NCBI GenBank assembly: GCA_031459625.1 | Contig: JAVKIH010000030.1 | Span: 1 to 24,099 of the forward strand | Direction: 5' to 3' | Source of the DNA: Candidatus Geohabitans tengchongensis | GTDB taxonomy: Bacteria; Sysuimicrobiota; Sysuimicrobiia; Sysuimicrobiales; Humicultoraceae | DNA: 24,099 bases | Part shown: piece after piece, positions 1 to 7,716 of the stretch | Layout of the letters: every line of letters begins with the position of its first letter | Position numbering within the stretch: position 1 is the first letter of the stretch | Program-made: the position numbers and the translations under genes | The notes under the pieces: generated by a model | What the model saw: the letters and a program-made list of their open reading frames with translations, nothing else | The model's database searches: none | Told to the model about the DNA's origin: nothing

Positions 1-324
1 TGGGCCCGCGCCCTGGGCCTCGTCTGGCGCAACATCCCGGTGGAGGACTTCTCGCCGGAGGCCCTCATCGAGCGGCTCGACGAGGCGGTGGCGGAGCTCA
101 CCCGGCTGTTCCAGAGCGGCCACCGGGTCTACCTGCACTGCACTGCCGGAGTGAGCCGCTCCCCGTCGGTGGCGCTGGCCTACCTCCACTGGGTGCTGGG
201 GGAACCCTTCGAGGGCGCCCTGGCCACCATCCGGCAGCGCCGGCCCCAGACAGACCCCTACGCGCAGGTCCTGGCGGCGATCCGCCGCCGGCGCCCGGCG
301 CGTGAGCACCGTACCGGGCGGTAG
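1..324 (+). CDS. Dual-specificity phosphatase family protein (SEX4/laforin-like), 5' end outside the window
   Basis: Frame 1 is open from base 1 (WARALGLVWRNIPVEDFS...) to TAG at 322-324. CX5R P-loop VYLHCTAGVSRS; general-acid loop PVEDF. Confidence 0.85.
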   Translation, partial: WARALGLVWRNIPVEDFSPEALIERLDEAVAELTRLFQSGHRVYLHCTAGVSRSPSVALAYLHWVLGEPFEGALATIRQRRPQTDPYAQVLAAIRRRRPAREHRTGR

Positions 325-436
325 CCGCCTCCCGCGGCGATCCGCCAGGACCCTGCGGTGCAGGCGGCGTACCTCGGCAGTAAGACGGTCCGGGGCGGGG
401 GTGGAGCGCCGACCTCCGCCGGCGGGAGGTGACGAC

Positions 437-1252
437 CTGGTCTCCACGCTGCACCTGCGGCCACCGCAGCGCCCCGGCTTCACGCCCGTCGTCACGGCGG
501 GCAAGGACCTGCGCTTCCTCTCCCTGGGCCTGCTGCGCCTCGATGCCGGCAAAAGCTACCGCCTCGTCACCGAAGCGGAGGAAGCGGTCCTGGTGCTGCT
601 CACCGGGACGCTGGCCCTCGGCGGTCCCTACGTGAGCGGACGCCAGATCGGGCCCCGGCGCAGCGTCTTCCAGGACCGGGCCAGCGCCGTCTACGTGCCG
701 CCCCGGCGCATCCTGCAGGTGGAGGCGGTGGGGAGCGCCGAGGCGGTGGTCCTGCGCACTCCCGTCAAGGAGGAGGTGGCTGCGGAGCGCGAGGAGCCGC
801 CGACGGTGGTGGTCACGCCCGAGGCGGTCCGGGTGGAGCAGCGCGGCGCCCCCGGCTACCGGCGGCAGGTGCACGACGTGGTGACCGACGGCGTGGCGGC
901 GCGGCGGCTGCTGGTGGGCGAGACCTTCACCGACCCCGGGGAGTGGTCGAGCTACCCGCCCCACAAGCACGACGAGCGGGTGCCCGGCCGTGAGCTCCCG
1001 CTGGAGGAGCTCTACTACTTCAAGGTGGACCCGCCGCACGGGTTCGGGGTGCAGGTGGTCTACAGCGCCGAACGCAACCTGGACGTGGCCTACCGGGTGC
1101 AGGACGGGGACGTGGTCCTCATCCCCTTCGGCTACCACCCCTCGGCCGCCGCGCCGGGGTACCGGCTCTACTACCTGTGGGCGCTGGCGGGCGAGGAACG
1201 CGGCCTGGCCTACCGGGACGACCCCCTGCACGCCTGGGTGCGGGCCCGCTAG
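437..1252 (+). CDS. iolB: 5-deoxy-glucuronate isomerase (IolB, cupin)
   Basis: IolB motifs WSSYPPHKHD, LEELYYF, GYHP, YYLWALAG and DPLHAWV. Start placed at an in-frame CTG (437) 6 nt after GGAGGT; the alternative is GTG at 401. Confidence 0.9.
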   Translation: MVSTLHLRPPQRPGFTPVVTAGKDLRFLSLGLLRLDAGKSYRLVTEAEEAVLVLLTGTLALGGPYVSGRQIGPRRSVFQDRASAVYVPPRRILQVEAVGSAEAVVLRTPVKEEVAAEREEPPTVVVTPEAVRVEQRGAPGYRRQVHDVVTDGVAARRLLVGETFTDPGEWSSYPPHKHDERVPGRELPLEELYYFKVDPPHGFGVQVVYSAERNLDVAYRVQDGDVVLIPFGYHPSAAAPGYRLYYLWALAGEERGLAYRDDPLHAWVRAR

Positions 1253-1294
1253 CTCCCTCCGTGTTCACAGCACGACCTGACGAGGGATCCGCCC

Positions 1295-2314
1295 TCAGGG
1301 CAGGGTCTCGAAGATGCCCGGCCTGCCCCGGCCCCGGACGGTCAGTGTGCCCACGGCACCCCGGTCGATGCGGAAGATGCTGTGGTCGACCAGCAGGTAC
1401 GTCCCCGGGACCTCCACGGTGAACTCGACGATGGCCGCGCCCCCGGGCGGGATGAGCGTCGTCTGGACGTTGGCGGTGGGCGTCCCGCCGATCCCACCCT
1501 CGAGGTAGACCCGGTCGAAGATCTCGCCGATGACGTGGAAGGCGGAGACCAGGTTGGGGCCGCCGTTCCCCACGAAGAGGCGGAGGCGCTCGCCCACCCG
1601 CGCGGTCAAGGCTCCCTTGCCCGCCAGGGCCCCCACCCGACCGTTGAACACCACGTACTCGGCCTGGCCGGCTCTGGCCTTGTCCGAGGCGTAGGCCTGA
1701 AGGCCCTGCGTGCCGAAGACGCCCCGGGTGTAGAACTCACCCTGCATGACGTAGTACTCGCGGTCCACGCGCGGCAGCCCTCCCGCGGGCTCCACCAGGA
1801 TCAGGCCGTACATGCCGTTGGCGACGTGCGTCGGGATGTGCGGCGACGCGCAGTGGTAGACGTACAGGCCCGGGTTGAGGGCCTTCCAGCGAAACGCCGC
1901 CTCCCGGCCGGGCGCGACCTGCGTCAGGACGGCGCCGCCTCCGGGGCCGGTGACCGCGTGCAGGTCGATGGAGTGGATCTGCTTGCTGCGTGGGCTGTTC
2001 CGGAGGCGGAGCTCGATCTCGTCGCCCACCCGGACCCGGATCATGGGACCGGGGACCGTGCCGCCGAAGGTCCAGAACGGGTACCGGACGCCGTCGGCCA
2101 GGACCCCGGTGACCTCGGTGGTCTCCAAGGTCACGAGGACCTTCGCCGGCCCCCGCCGCACCGGCGGGGGGACCGTCGGCGGCGAGGTCAGCACGGCCTG
2201 TACCACGGACGGTACCGCACCGCTGGCGGGGACATCCCAGGCCGACCCCGCCGCCGCCAGCGCCACGACCGCCGCGACGGCCAGAAGACGAATCCCCCGA
2301 GCGCGCTGTGTCAT
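1295..2314 (-). CDS. nirK: Copper-containing nitrite reductase (NirK, AniA-like), secreted
   Basis: [34 protein letters not shown] (type 1 and type 2 Cu ligands), [11 protein letters not shown] and LVDHS. N-terminal signal peptide; ATG at 2314 preceded by GGAGGGAG. Confidence 0.95.
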   Translation of the reverse strand: MTQRARGIRLLAVAAVVALAAAGSAWDVPASGAVPSVVQAVLTSPPTVPPPVRRGPAKVLVTLETTEVTGVLADGVRYPFWTFGGTVPGPMIRVRVGDEIELRLRNSPRSKQIHSIDLHAVTGPGGGAVLTQVAPGREAAFRWKALNPGLYVYHCASPHIPTHVANGMYGLILVEPAGGLPRVDREYYVMQGEFYTRGVFGTQGLQAYASDKARAGQAEYVVFNGRVGALAGKGALTARVGERLRLFVGNGGPNLVSAFHVIGEIFDRVYLEGGIGGTPTANVQTTLIPPGGAAIVEFTVEVPGTYLLVDHSIFRIDRGAVGTLTVRGRGRPGIFETLP

Positions 2315-2555
2315 CGCTCCCTCCGACCTGCTCGCCAGCCGGGATGAGCCCCCGGCGGCAGCCCGCCTCACGCCTATCCATAGCCGTCGGGGCAGGCCCC
2401 GCGTCATCGGTTGGTGAGTGGATTGTCCATCGGCATCGGAACCGAGGCGGGCCTGGGTTCCCGTCTGAGGGCTTCCACCGACCGGCGCGGGAGGGCCGGG
2501 AGCGGGCGATCGGGTGGTCGCCCGATGGCGGGCGGCGGCGGAGTCCGACGGCGGG

Positions 2556-4049
2556 TCAGCGTCCGGGCATCACGTAGACGCTGCGCGCCACGCGCCGCGG
2601 GATGGCGATCTCCCCGTCGCCCACCGCCACGCGCACGCCGTCGGGCTCCGCCCTGACCAGCCGCACGCGCCGCCCCGGTACCAGCCCCGTCGCCTCGAGC
2701 AGCCGCAGCACCTCGGGGTCCTCGTCTTCCACGCGCGTCACCGTGCCCGCCTGCTCCGGCTGCAGCTCCGAGAGGAGGTGCTCCTCGGCCGGGCGGGCCA
2801 CCTCGCCTTCGGCGGTGGGGATCGGCGCGCCATGCGGGTCGGTGGCCTGCGGCCCCACCGTGCGGGCCAGCTCCTCGGTCAGGCGCCGCGGGGCGACGTG
2901 CTCCAGCCGGTCCGCGGCCTGGTGCACCTGGTCCCAGGGCATGCCGGCGCGGTCCACCAGGAACCGCTCCCACAGGCGGTGGGTGCGCACGCGCTGGGCC
3001 GCGGCGCGGCGGCCCGCCGGCGTGAGCCGCACCCCTTCCGGCGTCTCCGTGACGAGCCCCAGACGGGCCAGCTGCCGCACCACGGCGATGGCGCCCTCGG
3101 CGGAGTCGCGCACCCGTGCCGCCAGGACGGCCACCGACGTGGCCCGGGCGTCTTCGGCGAAGAGGGCCTTGAGGTAGTCGTCCAGGCGGGCCTGGGCCGC
3201 GGCGCGCCGCCGCCGCAGCGCGCGCACCACCACACCGCGCCGCGGCGCGAAGAGAGCGGCCACTGCAAAGAGCCCGGCCCCCACCAGGACCATCGTCGCT
3301 CCGGAGGCGATGTCGAGGACGTAGGCGAGCCAGAACCCCGTCACCGCGGTGAGGACGCCGACCAGCACCGCCCCCAGGATCAGCCGGTGGAGCCGGTCGC
3401 TGAACATGGCCGCGGTGGCCGGCGGCGCGATGAGCATGGCCACCACCAGCACGATCCCCACCGCCTGGAGCGCGGCCACGATGGTCAGCGAGGTCAGCAG
3501 GAGCATGAGGTAGTGGAGGCGGCGCACCGGGAGCCCCACGCTCTCGGCCATCACCGGGTCGAAGGCCCACAGCAGCAGCTCCTTGTAGAGGAGGGCGATG
3601 GTGCCCACGACCACCGCCCCGCTCACCGCGGTGAGCACCAGGTCGCCGCGGCTGACCGCCAGGACGTTGCCGAAGAGGACGTGGAAGAGGTCGACCGGAC
3701 TGCGGATGCGGCTGATGATGGCCAGACCGAGGGCGAAGGCGGTGATGAAGAGCAGTCCCATGGCCGCGTCCTGCTTCAGCCGGGTGTGGCGCTCCACCAC
3801 CCCGATCCCCAGCGCCGTGAGCAGCCCGGTCACCAGCGCGCCCACGACGTACGGCCACCCCAGCAGGAAGGCGAGGGCCACGCCGGGGAGGACGGCGTGG
3901 GAGATGGCGTCGCCGAGCAGCGCCCACCGCCGCACCAGCAGGAAGCTGCCCATGACCGCACAGACGGTCCCCACCACCACCGCCGCCAGCAGCGCCTGCC
4001 GGACGAAGGCGTAGCCCAGCGCGGTGGCGAGCTCCTGCAGCACGCTCAC
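2556..4049 (-). CDS. Mn/Zn/Fe ABC transporter permease (MntB/ZnuB/TroC type) fused to a C-terminal DtxR/MntR metal-dependent repressor domain and FeoA/SH3-like domain
   Basis: ABC-3 permease motifs [25 protein letters not shown] and [18 protein letters not shown] in about aa 1-270. Then [31 protein letters not shown] and DPHGAPIP (DtxR family), and a FeoA-like tail. One uninterrupted ORF. Confidence 0.92.
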   Translation of the reverse strand: MSVLQELATALGYAFVRQALLAAVVVGTVCAVMGSFLLVRRWALLGDAISHAVLPGVALAFLLGWPYVVGALVTGLLTALGIGVVERHTRLKQDAAMGLLFITAFALGLAIISRIRSPVDLFHVLFGNVLAVSRGDLVLTAVSGAVVVGTIALLYKELLLWAFDPVMAESVGLPVRRLHYLMLLLTSLTIVAALQAVGIVLVVAMLIAPPATAAMFSDRLHRLILGAVLVGVLTAVTGFWLAYVLDIASGATMVLVGAGLFAVAALFAPRRGVVVRALRRRRAAAQARLDDYLKALFAEDARATSVAVLAARVRDSAEGAIAVVRQLARLGLVTETPEGVRLTPAGRRAAAQRVRTHRLWERFLVDRAGMPWDQVHQAADRLEHVAPRRLTEELARTVGPQATDPHGAPIPTAEGEVARPAEEHLLSELQPEQAGTVTRVEDEDPEVLRLLEATGLVPGRRVRLVRAEPDGVRVAVGDGEIAIPRRVARSVYVMPGR

Positions 4050-4843
4050 GATCCGCTCCCCGTCCCCTCGGCGCCGACCATCGCCTCAAGCGGCGCCAGG
4101 CGGCCGCCGTAGGTGGCGCGCAGGAGGTCCTCGGTGAGGACCGCCCCCGGCGGTCCCGCCGCCACGAGGCGCTGGTTCAGCAGCAGGACGCGGTCGTACG
4201 TCTCCCGCACGCGCACCAGGTCGTGGTCCACCACCAGCACCGTGCGGCCCTCCGTGCGCAGGCGCGGCAGCAGCGCCAGGATCGTCGCCTCGGTGGCGGC
4301 GTCCACGCCGATGAAGGGCTCGTCCAGCAGCAGCACCCGGGCCTCCTGGGCCAGGGCCCGCGCCAGCAGGACGCGCTGCTGCTGGCCGCCCGAGAGCTCG
4401 CCGATGTGCCGGTCCCGCAGGTCGGCGATGCCCAGCGCCTCCAGGGCGCGCGCGGCCACGGCCCGGTCGGCCGCCCCCGGCCGCCGGCCCCAGGGCAGGT
4501 GCGGGAAGCGGCCCATCAGGACGGCGTCCCAGACCACCACGGGGAAGTCCCAGTCCAGCGCCTCGCGCTGGGGCAGGTAAGCCACCCAGCGCCGCCCCTG
4601 CTCCACGGGGCCGCCGAGCAACCGCACCGTCCCCGTGGTCAGCGGCACCAGCCCCACCAGCGCCCGGAAGAGGGTCGACTTCCCGGCCCCGTTGGGGCCG
4701 ACCACGCCCACCACCTCTCCCGGCCCGACCTGCAGGCTGACCCCGAGCAACACCGGGTGGCTGTCGTAGGTCACGCTGAGGTTGGTGACCTCGACGGCCG
4801 GGGCGGCAGTCCCTGCGGGCGCCGTGGCTCCTGCCGGGGTCAC
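4046..4843 (-). CDS. Metal (Mn/Zn/Fe) ABC transporter ATP-binding protein
   Basis: Walker [28 protein letters not shown] and LLLDEPF. The GTG start overlaps the upstream stop (GTGA) and its stop overlaps the permease start. Confidence 0.93.
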   Translation of the reverse strand: MTPAGATAPAGTAAPAVEVTNLSVTYDSHPVLLGVSLQVGPGEVVGVVGPNGAGKSTLFRALVGLVPLTTGTVRLLGGPVEQGRRWVAYLPQREALDWDFPVVVWDAVLMGRFPHLPWGRRPGAADRAVAARALEALGIADLRDRHIGELSGGQQQRVLLARALAQEARVLLLDEPFIGVDAATEATILALLPRLRTEGRTVLVVDHDLVRVRETYDRVLLLNQRLVAAGPPGAVLTEDLLRATYGGRLAPLEAMVGAEGTGSGS

Positions 4844-5823
4844 GGCCGCCCACCGCCCAGCCCGGCGACGAGGAGCTCCACGTTGGCCCGCATCATCCCG
4901 ACGTAGGTGTCCGCGCCGCTCCCCGGCCGTCCCAGGGAGTCGATGTAGAGCGCGCCGCGAATGGGCACGCCGGTCTCCTGACTCAGCCGCTCCATGAGCC
5001 GCGGGTTCAGGGTCAGATCGACGAAGAGCGCGGGGACGCGCTCGCGCCGGATCCGCTCCACCAGCTCTACGATACGCCGTGCCGGCGGCTCGGACTCCGG
5101 GGCCAGGGTGTAGATCCAGCCCACCACCTCGAAGCCGTAGCGGGCGGCGAAGTAGTGGAGGGCGTTCTCGGTGGTCACCAGCTTGCGTCGCTCCGGCGGG
5201 ATCGCTGTCACCCGCTGGCGGATCCAGGCATCCAGCGCCCGCAGCTCGGCCAGGTAGCGCTCGGCCTGGGCGCGGTAGGCCGCTGCGCCCTGGGGGTCCG
5301 TGGCGATCAGGGCATCGCGAATGGTGGGCACGTAGTGGCGGATCACGTTCTGCACGTCCAGCCAGGCGTGGGGATCGGGAGCGCCCTGGAACCGGCTCAG
5401 CGGGTCCTGGATCAGGATGGGCGTCACGCGGTCGGAGGCGACGACGATGCGCGCCCGCGTGCCGGAGCCGCGCACGAACCGGTCGAACCACAGCTCCAGG
5501 TTCAGGCCGTTGTAGAGGACCAGGTCCGCCTCGGCCAGTCGGCGGGCGTCGCCTGGCCGCGGCTCGTAGGTGTGGGGGTCGGTGCCCACGGGCACCAGGG
5601 CGTGGACCTCCGCCCGGTCGCCGGCCACCTGGCGGGCCAGGTCGGCGATGACGGAGTAGGTGGCGACGACACTGACGCGGCGGGGCGTCGCGCCGGAGGG
5701 TGCGCAGCTCCACGACGTCAGCGCCGCCAGCCCGACCGCGAGGGCGGCCGCCGCCACCCCGCGGGCGCGGGCTCCTCGGGATCCCACGGTGCGGACGTGC
5801 GATTCACCAACCCGGAAACGCAT
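4840..5823 (-). CDS. Metal ABC transporter substrate-binding protein (TroA/PsaA/ZnuA cluster A-I), probable lipoprotein
   Basis: DPHTYEP, YNGLNLE, DPHAWLD, TTENALHYF and LYIDSL (His/His/Glu/Asp ligands, typical of Mn/Fe binders). Hydrophobic segment ending in TSWSC; ATG at 5823 with GAGGAG. Confidence 0.92.
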   Translation of the reverse strand: MRFRVGESHVRTVGSRGARARGVAAAALAVGLAALTSWSCAPSGATPRRVSVVATYSVIADLARQVAGDRAEVHALVPVGTDPHTYEPRPGDARRLAEADLVLYNGLNLELWFDRFVRGSGTRARIVVASDRVTPILIQDPLSRFQGAPDPHAWLDVQNVIRHYVPTIRDALIATDPQGAAAYRAQAERYLAELRALDAWIRQRVTAIPPERRKLVTTENALHYFAARYGFEVVGWIYTLAPESEPPARRIVELVERIRRERVPALFVDLTLNPRLMERLSQETGVPIRGALYIDSLGRPGSGADTYVGMMRANVELLVAGLGGGRP

Positions 5824-5934
5824 CACGGCTCCTCGATCGCCGACCGGCCGCCTGCACAGGCCCAGGAGGCAGGCGCTCGCGCGAAGCCTTGCGGCGGCAT
5901 GCAGCGGCCGCCGGTCCGGTTCCACGGTACACCA

Positions 5935-6492
5935 CTAGCGCGGGGACGGGTCGTCCTGCGCAGGTGCGGTGGAGGGGGCCTCGGGGGGCGAGGGGCGCGG
6001 CCGCGGGCGAAGGCCGCGAGGCGAGGCGCCCCGCCGGTAGACCATTACGGTGCGCTCGAACTCGATGACCACCGTCCCTTCCTGGTTGTACCCGCGCGTC
6101 CGGAACCGCACGATGCCCGCGTGCGGGCGGGAGCGGGAGGGCCGCGTCTCCAGGACCTCGCTCTCAGCGTAGATGGTGTCGCCGACGAAGACCGGGTGGG
6201 GCAGGCGCACCCGGTCCCACCCGAGGTTGGCCACCGCGTTCTCGCTGATGTCCTCGACGGAGAGGCCGACCACCAGCGCCAGCGTGAAGGCGCTGTTCAC
6301 CAGCGGCCGCCCGAACTCCGTCTGGGCGGCGTAGGCGTAGTCGATGTGGAGGGGGTTGGCGTTCAGGGTGAGGGCGCTGAACCAGATGTTGTCCGCCTCG
6401 GTGACGGTGCGGCCATAGGGGTGCTCGTAGACGTCCCCCACGGCGAAGTCCTCGAAGTAGCGCCCTTCCCGCCGCGCGCGCCGCGCCGCCAT
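5935..6492 (-). CDS. MaoC-family (R)-specific enoyl-CoA hydratase/dehydratase (RipB/Ich-like)
   Basis: GRYFEDFAVGD, RTVTEADNIWF, NANPLHID and PVFVGDTI hot-dog motifs. ATG at 6492 after GGAAGGAGGG. Confidence 0.88.
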   Translation of the reverse strand: MAARRARREGRYFEDFAVGDVYEHPYGRTVTEADNIWFSALTLNANPLHIDYAYAAQTEFGRPLVNSAFTLALVVGLSVEDISENAVANLGWDRVRLPHPVFVGDTIYAESEVLETRPSRSRPHAGIVRFRTRGYNQEGTVVIEFERTVMVYRRGASPRGLRPRPRPSPPEAPSTAPAQDDPSPR

Positions 6493-6541
6493 GCGCCGTC
6501 CCTCCTTCCCTGACAACGACATATCTCCGTTGTGATGCGGC

Positions 6542-7714
6542 TCAGTAGGACCGGGGCAGCCCGAGGACGTTGTGCCCCAGGTAGGCCAGGACCAGGTTGT
6601 CCGTCACCGGCGCCACCTTGTACAGCCGCGTCTCCCGGAACTTGCGCTCGACGTCGTAGTCTGCGGCGAACCCGTAGCCCCCGAACGTGTCCAGGCAGAC
6701 GTTGGCCGCCTCCCAGGAGGCCTCCGCGGCCAGCAGCTTGGCCATGTTGGCCTCGGCGCCGCACCGCTCCCCGCGGTCGAACTTCGTCGCGGCCTGCCAG
6801 CGCATCAGGTCCGCCGCCGCCACCCGGGCGTAGGCGCGGGCCAGGGGGAACTGCACCCCCTGGTACGCCCCGATGGGCCGCCCGAAGACCACCCGCTCCC
6901 GCGCGTAAGCGGTCGCGCGGTCGATGAACCACCGCCCGTCGCCGATGCACTCCGCGGCCAGGAGGATGCGCTCGGCGTTCCACCCGTCGATGAGGTAGCG
7001 GAAGCCCATCCCCTCCTCCCCGACCAGGTGGTCGGCCGGCACCTCCAGGTCGGTGATGAAGAGCTCGGTGGTGTGGTGGTTGAGCATGGTGCGGATGGGC
7101 CGGATCTGGACCGTGCCCTGCGCCACCGCCGCCCGCAGGTCCACCAGGAAGAGGGAGAGCCCGCGCGTCTTGTCGGCCACCGCCTCGCAGGGGGTGGTGC
7201 GGGCGAGCAGCAGCATCAGGTCGGAGTGCTCGGCGCGGGAGATGAAGACCTTCTGGCCGTGCACGACGTAGCGGTCGCCGCGCCGTTCCGCGCGCGTCTG
7301 GATGCGGGTGGTCTCCGATCCGGCCGCCGGCTCGGTGACGGCGAAGGCCTGCAGCCGCAGCTCGCCGGAGGCGATGCGCGGCAGGTAGGTGCGCTGCAGG
7401 GCCTCGCTGCCGTGGCGCAGCAGCGTCCCCATGATGTACATCTGCGCGTGGCAGGCTGCGGCGTTGCCGCCGGAGCGGTTGATCTCCTCCAGGACGATGG
7501 AGGCTTCGGTGATGCCGAGCCCGCCCCCGCCGTAGCGCTCCGGGATGAGGATGGCCAGCCACCCCGCGCGGGTGAGGGCCTCGACGAAGGCCTCGGGGTA
7601 GGCCTGGGTGCGGTCGAGCTCCCGCCAGTAGGCGTCCGGGAACTGCTGGCAGAGGCGGCGCACCGAGTCGCGGATGAGTTGCTGCTCCTCGGTGAGGCGG
7701 AAGGGCTCGGCCAC
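6542..7714 (-). CDS. Acyl-CoA dehydrogenase
   Basis: IPERYGGGG, AFAVTEP, GQKVFIS, FGRPIG, AEANMAK and FGGYGFA.DYDVERKFRE. Start placed at GTG 7714, 2 nt after the upstream stop. Confidence 0.92.
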   Translation of the reverse strand: MAEPFRLTEEQQLIRDSVRRLCQQFPDAYWRELDRTQAYPEAFVEALTRAGWLAILIPERYGGGGLGITEASIVLEEINRSGGNAAACHAQMYIMGTLLRHGSEALQRTYLPRIASGELRLQAFAVTEPAAGSETTRIQTRAERRGDRYVVHGQKVFISRAEHSDLMLLLARTTPCEAVADKTRGLSLFLVDLRAAVAQGTVQIRPIRTMLNHHTTELFITDLEVPADHLVGEEGMGFRYLIDGWNAERILLAAECIGDGRWFIDRATAYARERVVFGRPIGAYQGVQFPLARAYARVAAADLMRWQAATKFDRGERCGAEANMAKLLAAEASWEAANVCLDTFGGYGFAADYDVERKFRETRLYKVAPVTDNLVLAYLGHNVLGLPRSY

Positions 7715-7716
7715 GG

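Noticed and set aside
1295..2314. Laccase or generic multicopper oxidase call
   Set aside because: The HSIDLH, YHC..H...GM and SAFHVIG motifs and two-domain size are diagnostic of NirK.
2503..2526. GC hairpin CGGGCGA...TCGCCCG after the permease-DtxR stop as a terminator
   Set aside because: No U-tract in the transcribed direction and only a short stem in very GC-rich DNA.
4046..5713. 555-aa ORF suggesting a long N-terminal extension on the ABC ATPase
   Set aside because: The extension overlaps the binding-protein gene in another frame; the real start is GTG 4843, coupled to the upstream stop.
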